Source: a virus. From it: 64,000 nucleotides of DNA. The translations under genes and the position numbers were made by a program. The stretch lies in IMG/VR virus record IMGVR_UViG_3300032050_000010. One strand, given 5' to 3'. This document shows, one piece after another, positions 58,704-64,000 of this stretch. Position 1 is the stretch's first letter; every line of letters starts with the position of its first letter. A model generated the notes under the pieces. That model was not told the DNA's origin. It saw only the letters and a list, made by a program, of their open reading frames with translations, and did no database searches.

Positions 58704-59257
58704 TGCGCATCCCACCAACATTCACTGTCTTCTGTGGGCCTATGATGTCGTCTAAGACGACACGACTGATCGGCGCGGTCGACCGCTTTCGATATCAGAA
58801 CCAGCGTGTCCTTGCATTTAAACCAAAGATGGATAGAAGGTATGCAAAAGAAGAGATCACTACACACAACGGTGGAAAACTTGAAGCTCTCATTGTTAGC
58901 ACTGGTGATGAGATACTACGCCACGTTGACGTATATGAACCAGACGTTGTAGCAGTTGACGAAGCTTTCATGATTGACGGCTCTGCAGACGCACTCATTC
59001 AGATCTACCGTAGAGGCGTGTCTGTCGTTGTGTCGTCGATCGAGATGTCTGCCAGCTGCAACTCTTTCCCAGAGATTGAGAAGATCCTTCCCTGGGCGAC
59101 AAAGGTTGAGAAGTGCACTGCCGTCTGTGTTGTATGCGGCGAGGATGCACCGTACACACAGAAGAAGATCAATGACATCGCAGAGATCACAGTTGGGGGT
59201 TCTGAGCTCTATGAGCCTCGATGCTGGTCACATCATGCGACCGCGCGCGAAGCGTGA
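58703..59257 (+). CDS. tdk: Thymidine kinase (TK1 type), divergent motifs
   Basis: GPMMSSKTT, FKPKMDRRY, VDEAF, CVVCG...YEPRCWSH. Confidence 0.85.
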   Translation: MRIPPTFTVFCGPMMSSKTTRLIGAVDRFRYQNQRVLAFKPKMDRRYAKEEITTHNGGKLEALIVSTGDEILRHVDVYEPDVVAVDEAFMIDGSADALIQIYRRGVSVVVSSIEMSASCNSFPEIEKILPWATKVEKCTAVCVVCGEDAPYTQKKINDIAEITVGGSELYEPRCWSHHATAREA

Positions 59258-59277
59258 TACATTAGTATCGAGGTAGC

Positions 59278-60114
59278 ATGCTAGATCCTAACAGCATCAA
59301 TCTGGTCATTTATCATGCGAGTTGCACAGATGGATTTGGAGCAGCTTGGGCAGCGTGGAAGTTACTTGGCGACCGTGCCGAATACTACGCTGCAAAGTAC
59401 GGAGAAGCACCGCCAGATGTGTCTGGAAAGAATGTCATAGTCGTAGATTTCTCATATGATAATGCTACTACCAAGCGCTTGATGAAGGAGGCAAAGGGGT
59501 TTTTCGTCCTTGACCACCACAAGTCGGCGATGGTAGAGCTCCACGATGTGTCCTGCACACACTTCGACATGAACCACAGCGGTGCAATGCTGGCCTGGAA
59601 GTTCTTCCATCCCGGCAAGGAAGCCCCACGGATGATCAAGCACATCGAGGATCGTGACCTCTGGAAGTGGGAGATCCCGTACTCGAAGGAGTTCTCAGCA
59701 GCATTTGACATGGTTCCCTTCGACTTCGAGGAATTTGATAAGTACCTCGACGACTCAGCAGTCGACGATGCTCAGGAGCGTGGTGCCTACATCCTCGCAT
59801 ATTCTAAGACAGTGATCTCCAAGATCTCCAAGCACGCAGCACCACGCAAGCTGAACGGCAAGGATGTCCTGGTGGTGAACTCACCCCACTGGATGTCCGA
59901 GATCGGAAATGCGCTGTCACCTAAGTGCGACTTCGCGGTGATCTGGTACTACGACCACGACACACGCCAGGTGAAAGTGAGCCTCCGCGCTCACCATGAT
60001 GATGCTGATGTGAGCGAGGTCGCCAAGAAGTACGGCGGAGGAGGACATCGCAAAGCTGCAGGTTTCGCTCTTGCGCCCAACATCAGTATTGAGACAATCT
60101 TCGACAAGGAGTAG
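59278..60114 (+). CDS. DHH/DHHA1 phosphoesterase
   Basis: YHASCTDG, LDHHKS, EDRDLW, SLR, GGGGHRKAAGF. Confidence 0.9.
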   Translation: MLDPNSINLVIYHASCTDGFGAAWAAWKLLGDRAEYYAAKYGEAPPDVSGKNVIVVDFSYDNATTKRLMKEAKGFFVLDHHKSAMVELHDVSCTHFDMNHSGAMLAWKFFHPGKEAPRMIKHIEDRDLWKWEIPYSKEFSAAFDMVPFDFEEFDKYLDDSAVDDAQERGAYILAYSKTVISKISKHAAPRKLNGKDVLVVNSPHWMSEIGNALSPKCDFAVIWYYDHDTRQVKVSLRAHHDDADVSEVAKKYGGGGHRKAAGFALAPNISIETIFDKE

Positions 60115-60116
60115 AG

Positions 60117-60527
60117 ATGCGTCCAGGCTGGGATGAAGTGTGGATGAACATCGCACGTGAAGTATCACGCAGGTCAGCAGACGACAAGTACAAAGTTGGA
60201 ACTGTGATAGTCACTGGAGACAACACACAAGTGCTGTCGCTAGGATACAACGGCGACCACGCAGGTGGCCCAAATTGCAGAGAGTCGAGTGACCCTGGCG
60301 AGTCAGGTTTTATCCATGCCGAGATGAACGCGCTGATCAAGCTTGACTACAATAACCTAAAGCGACGTGTTATGTACGTTACGTTGTCGCCCTGTAAGAT
60401 GTGCGCTAAAGCAATCATCAATGCAGGTATCAACGAGCTCGTGTACGGCGAAGATTATAGAGATCTCAGCGGTATTGACATTCTCACAGGCGCTGGGATA
60501 AAAGTTAGAAAAATAACTCAAACTTAG
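60117..60527 (+). CDS. dCMP deaminase family protein
   Basis: LGYNG, HAEMNAL, SPCKMC. Confidence 0.9.
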   Translation: MRPGWDEVWMNIAREVSRRSADDKYKVGTVIVTGDNTQVLSLGYNGDHAGGPNCRESSDPGESGFIHAEMNALIKLDYNNLKRRVMYVTLSPCKMCAKAIINAGINELVYGEDYRDLSGIDILTGAGIKVRKITQT

Positions 60528-60540
60528 CGGATAGATATAG

Positions 60541-60840
60541 ATGATGAAAAAGTTAACTCCACAAGATGTAAACAAACTGATCAGACGATCTCTGACCAAG
60601 GTTGTGCTTGAAAAGCTAACAGTGAAAGTGGGCAAAGAGGTCGTCGTCTCACCTGAGCTTAAGATCCGTCACGTTGGAAACAACAAAATTGAGGGCTCTA
60701 AGTATCTTTACACAATCACTGGGATTGACAACGTCGACGGTGTTCTCCAGTTGAAGATGAAGTACTACGACGACGACACTCCTGAGCCCCTTGAGACGAT
60801 CGTGGCGCAAGATGAATTTGACCAATACGAGCTGGCATAA
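60541..60840 (+). CDS. Hypothetical protein, putative internal head protein
   Basis: MKKLTPQ start identical to ORF 4215. Confidence 0.6.
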   Translation: MMKKLTPQDVNKLIRRSLTKVVLEKLTVKVGKEVVVSPELKIRHVGNNKIEGSKYLYTITGIDNVDGVLQLKMKYYDDDTPEPLETIVAQDEFDQYELA

Positions 60841-61541
60841 TGAGTAAAGACATCACACAAATTGTCCGTCAGACACTTGGCTTAAGCGGTGAGACAGCCA
60901 AGAGCTCAAAGCGGCTCGACGAGGCGCTTGTTGCCGACCCTAAGCCTTTCAATCTTCCCACAGAGTTCCAGAGTGCTGGCACAAAACGTGCTCACTTTGA
61001 GCTGTATGAAAACTACATCAAGGCCTTCAACCGCATCAGCGCAGAACTAGACAGCGCCGATAGGACAGAAGTTAATTCCAACAACAGTCAGTTTCGCTCG
61101 TTGAAGATCGATGAAACGTACAACATGAACGCGATCTTCCTCCACGAGCTCTACTTTGCCAACATCAGTGATCTACACAGCAAGATCACAATGGACTCGC
61201 TCACTTACATGCGGCTCCAGCGTGACTTTGGCACGTTCGACAAGTGGCAGGAGGATTTCCTCGCCTGCTGTCAGGCATCCCGCTGCGGTTGGGCAGTCAC
61301 ATACTACAACCTCTTCACACAGACATACATGAATGCTGTCGTCGATCTACACAGCATTGAGATCCCGGTTGGGTGCTTTCCAGTGATTGTGATGGATGTG
61401 TGGCAGCACGCTTACTACAAGGATTATCTCCGGGATGTGAAGACATACAGCATCGCGATGATGAAGGAGCTCAACTGGCGAGTCATCGAGGATCGCTTCA
61501 AGCAATCTGAGCGCGTCGCACAAGCAATGAGGTCACTATGA
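60840..61541 (+). CDS. Fe/Mn superoxide dismutase-like protein with N-terminal extension
   Basis: HFELYENY, LHELYF, GWAV, DVWQHAYY. Confidence 0.82.
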   Translation: MSKDITQIVRQTLGLSGETAKSSKRLDEALVADPKPFNLPTEFQSAGTKRAHFELYENYIKAFNRISAELDSADRTEVNSNNSQFRSLKIDETYNMNAIFLHELYFANISDLHSKITMDSLTYMRLQRDFGTFDKWQEDFLACCQASRCGWAVTYYNLFTQTYMNAVVDLHSIEIPVGCFPVIVMDVWQHAYYKDYLRDVKTYSIAMMKELNWRVIEDRFKQSERVAQAMRSL

Positions 61542-62161
61542 GATCAAGGCAGACAAGCAGGCGCCGCAGGCTCTACGAGGAAAGCGACGTAGAAAGTGTG
61601 TCAGTTGTTGATAAGATGACAGGCAGCACCCGCCTTTCACTCGACTCAGTCGACGACCAGATCGACTCATACATCATTAAGTTCGAGGCAGAAGCTGCCG
61701 AAGCTGCTGAGTCAGAAGAGGAAATGATCTTTGAGGCGCTCAAGCGCAGGTCGCTTTTAGGTTTGCTCTATGAGCAGGACGAGGCTCCCACCGACTTGTT
61801 CACGGGAGATCCTGCTGCTCCCGCTCCAGATGACGAGGCTCCTGAGCCCGAAGACAGCTCAGAGATGAAAGATGATCTGAAGCCTGCGCCTCTCGTTAAG
61901 TCAGCGATAGACATCGACCTCTTCACAAAGAAGCTGGCTCGCTTAGTGATGAATAATAAGCGGCTGCTTGACGTCGAGTCAGTCATCATCAACCGCGCGA
62001 TGCTCTTCCTCAAGAAGAACTACAGCCAAGAGTACGTGGATCGCATGAAGGAAGTGCTGGATACGCAGTTTGACTTCAATATGGACGATCAAGATTTCCT
62101 GTACGCACCTGACGCACCCGGCTCAGAAGGCAAGCCCACAGGCGGTACTGGCGGCGCATGA
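61538..62161 (+). CDS. Acidic hypothetical protein
   Basis: Coupled ORF with L-x-E sites (LYEE, LYEQ). Confidence 0.6.
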   Translation: MRSRQTSRRRRLYEESDVESVSVVDKMTGSTRLSLDSVDDQIDSYIIKFEAEAAEAAESEEEMIFEALKRRSLLGLLYEQDEAPTDLFTGDPAAPAPDDEAPEPEDSSEMKDDLKPAPLVKSAIDIDLFTKKLARLVMNNKRLLDVESVIINRAMLFLKKNYSQEYVDRMKEVLDTQFDFNMDDQDFLYAPDAPGSEGKPTGGTGGA

Positions 62162-62460
62162 AGAAGCAGATCGACACGCAGCGTCTGATCAGTTTTGAGA
62201 CAAAGAAGTCGGTTCACATCAACATCCCCAGAGAGACACACGGATTAGTTAGAGCACAGTGCTTCAAGTACAGCCTGACAATGCAGGACGTATTTGAGGA
62301 GCTCGCGCAGATGATTGCTGCTGAAGATCCCGATGCGCTGGAGATGATGTCGAACTTGGCAATGAAAAAGAGAGATGCATCAATAAAACGCCTTTCAGCG
62401 TCAGATGCAGAATCTATATTCAATATTATAGAAGATAACAATCCACTCTCAGACGGATGA
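62158..62460 (+). CDS. Small protein, possible ribbon-helix-helix DNA binder
   Basis: KKSVHINIPRETHGLVRAQC...LTMQDVFEEL strand-helix-helix pattern. Confidence 0.45.
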   Translation: MKKQIDTQRLISFETKKSVHINIPRETHGLVRAQCFKYSLTMQDVFEELAQMIAAEDPDALEMMSNLAMKKRDASIKRLSASDAESIFNIIEDNNPLSDG

Positions 62461-62753
62461 TGACATTGTTCAACAAACTAAGATCTCTCTTCATCGTTGA
62501 TGAGGTCAAAGATAAGACAGATGCACTAGAGAACCAGCTGAAAGAAGCATGTGATAGAATTTCCCTGCTTGAGAGGAAGCTAGTTGATCAAGATGCCATC
62601 TTAATCGACCACCACAAGACGATCGCTGCACTTGCGATGATACAGACAAATCTGCTGGCTGAGATGGAACGTGCAGCTAAGAACGCGAGCTTGAAGCGCA
62701 CCAAGATGACTTCTCACACAACGTCATCAAAAGGTGACGATTTCATTAACTAG
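62457..62753 (+). CDS. Hypothetical coiled-coil protein
   Basis: Coupled ORF. Confidence 0.55.
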   Translation: MMTLFNKLRSLFIVDEVKDKTDALENQLKEACDRISLLERKLVDQDAILIDHHKTIAALAMIQTNLLAEMERAAKNASLKRTKMTSHTTSSKGDDFIN

Positions 62754-62794
62754 CTTTACGATCTGCGCGATATATTTATCTGCAGAGGTTTTAG

Positions 62795-64000
62795 ATGCAG
62801 ATTGTCGTCAAGAAGAAAGTTCTTGAGGAGATGATTGACCAAGTTGTTCGCGAGGTCAGCTCTTTTCACAGCGTAAGAATAGATGAGATCCCAGCCAAGC
62901 TCGATGACGAGGACGTCGTCAAGCCCACTGAGGAGATGGCCACACAGCTCTCGACGCAGAAGCCTAACGTTGACGATGACGCCTATAAGCCTGTCAATAC
63001 GTCAGAGCTTACAAAGGCTGCGTCAGCTGTCGCAGAGAAGGTGCCTCAGGACAAGGTGCAGAAGTTCTACAAGCAGCTTAAGGATCTTGCACAGCAGACG
63101 GTCGACGGCAAAGAAGACGACAGCATGCTGAGTGAGAGAAAGATGTCCAGCATCCTCGCATTCCTGCTCGATCGTCCTGTGTCGCTCCGTGAAGCTCGTA
63201 AAGGAGACATCGACCCACGGTCACCAGAGGGTATTGCTATCGATACGCAGATTAAAGCTTCTGATGCTAGCGTCGATAGATTTACAGGAAATATTGAGAG
63301 ACAAGATAGACGGCAATCCGGATCAGTCAGCCTAAGTCGCGTTCCTTCACTAACGATGAGTGTTGTCTACTCACTGCTTGCTGCGATTGCCAAGAAATCT
63401 GGCGAGCAGTTTAAGCGCCCACAAGATCTTGCAGACATCAAGGCAGAGCTTCTTCAACCTGGTGCAATAACACTGTCTGATGACAAACGGAAGATGAAGC
63501 TGCGCGCTCGTGGAACCACAGCAGAAGTGGGCGGCTTTGGAACGGCCCTGCACAATGTCTCAAAAGAGCAGATGATTGCTGCAGCAGAGAAGGCAATAAA
63601 CGACCACTTCGACGAGCTTGTTGAGTTCATCACAACAGGTCACCTGATGGGTGACCCATCCAGCGGCATCAAGCGCGAACGTGAAGGATCACTTAGAACT
63701 GAAGCGGGCGACCTTGCTAAAGAGATTTTAATCCAACTTGGTGAGCAGCTCCCAATCAGTGCAAGTGTACCAGATGACACACTTAGAAGTTTTGGTACTG
63801 AATTGGGCGAATTTATTAAGAATACACTCAGCCCTGAAAATAATCAGTTTTCCTACACGTTTGCTGATCTTGTTATCAAGTTGAAAAAGGGCAAGAAGGG
63901 TCAAGAGGCTGCCGAAGAAGAGGAAGAAGATGCTGATGAAGTAAGCACAGTCAAGCAGGTCATCATTGACTTGTCTAAAGTTGCCGATGACATACAGCAA
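62795..64000 (+). CDS. Large hypothetical protein, 3'-truncated by window end
   Basis: Absent from track (no stop). ATG 62795 after GAGG and ATATTTA; MQIVVKKKVLEEMIDQVVRE... in frame with ...SKVADDIQQ at window end. Confidence 0.7.
   Translation, partial: MQIVVKKKVLEEMIDQVVREVSSFHSVRIDEIPAKLDDEDVVKPTEEMATQLSTQKPNVDDDAYKPVNTSELTKAASAVAEKVPQDKVQKFYKQLKDLAQQTVDGKEDDSMLSERKMSSILAFLLDRPVSLREARKGDIDPRSPEGIAIDTQIKASDASVDRFTGNIERQDRRQSGSVSLSRVPSLTMSVVYSLLAAIAKKSGEQFKRPQDLADIKAELLQPGAITLSDDKRKMKLRARGTTAEVGGFGTALHNVSKEQMIAAAEKAINDHFDELVEFITTGHLMGDPSSGIKREREGSLRTEAGDLAKEILIQLGEQLPISASVPDDTLRSFGTELGEFIKNTLSPENNQFSYTFADLVIKLKKGKKGQEAAEEEEEDADEVSTVKQVIIDLSKVADDIQQ

Noticed and set aside
40337-60527. Uracil- or hmU-substituted DNA
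   Set aside because: A canonical ThyX and a TK are present, and the TS-fold domain has Asp rather than the dUMP-selecting Asn.
1-64000. Many minus-strand and alternate-frame ORFs in the track (e.g. 38337-38948, 31774-32370, 52101-52688)
   Set aside because: They lie inside well-supported plus-strand genes and show no recognisable motifs; shadow ORFs from codon bias.
1-64000. tRNA, rRNA, CRISPR array, integrase or transposase
   Set aside because: No cloverleaf, repeat-spacer array or recombinase motif seen in the few intergenic gaps; a covariance-model scan was not possible.
1-64000. Stop-codon reassignment as in some huge phages
   Set aside because: TAA, TAG and TGA all end conserved genes at expected lengths, and coding density is near complete under code 11.

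Overview
A 64-kb, all plus-strand, gene-dense segment of a large lytic T4-like myovirus (jumbo/huge-phage type, roughly 50% GC by eye, standard code). 1-30 kb is the virion module: portal, prohead protease, scaffold, a 648-aa major capsid protein, neck/tail-completion proteins, two tandem tail sheaths, tube, tail chaperone with an apparent +1/-2 frameshift, tape measure and baseplate. 30-40 kb is replication/recombination: minimal PolA-like enzyme, HD protein, gp32-like SSB, UvsX/RecA, RNase H/FEN, gp41-like helicase, class II RNR, ClpP. 40-60.5 kb is a rich nucleotide-metabolism and repair region, interrupted by a virion-protein cassette and containing a DnaE replicase. The best candidate for an undescribed system is a precursor-level cytosine-modification pathway with its own repair arm. 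Its parts are a dNMP kinase fused to a minimal thymidylate-synthase-fold domain with the dCMP-type Asp, a second ThyX with Cys replacing the motif Ser and no folate-stacking His, two all-alpha dNTP pyrophosphatase domains plus a HAD nucleotidase, an NDT-family enzyme, two NDP-sugar SDRs flanking dnaE, and an MBD4-type G:T/U glycosylase beside a zincless Nei. All calls rest on motif recognition and synteny by eye; reference motifs are recalled from memory and no searches were run.
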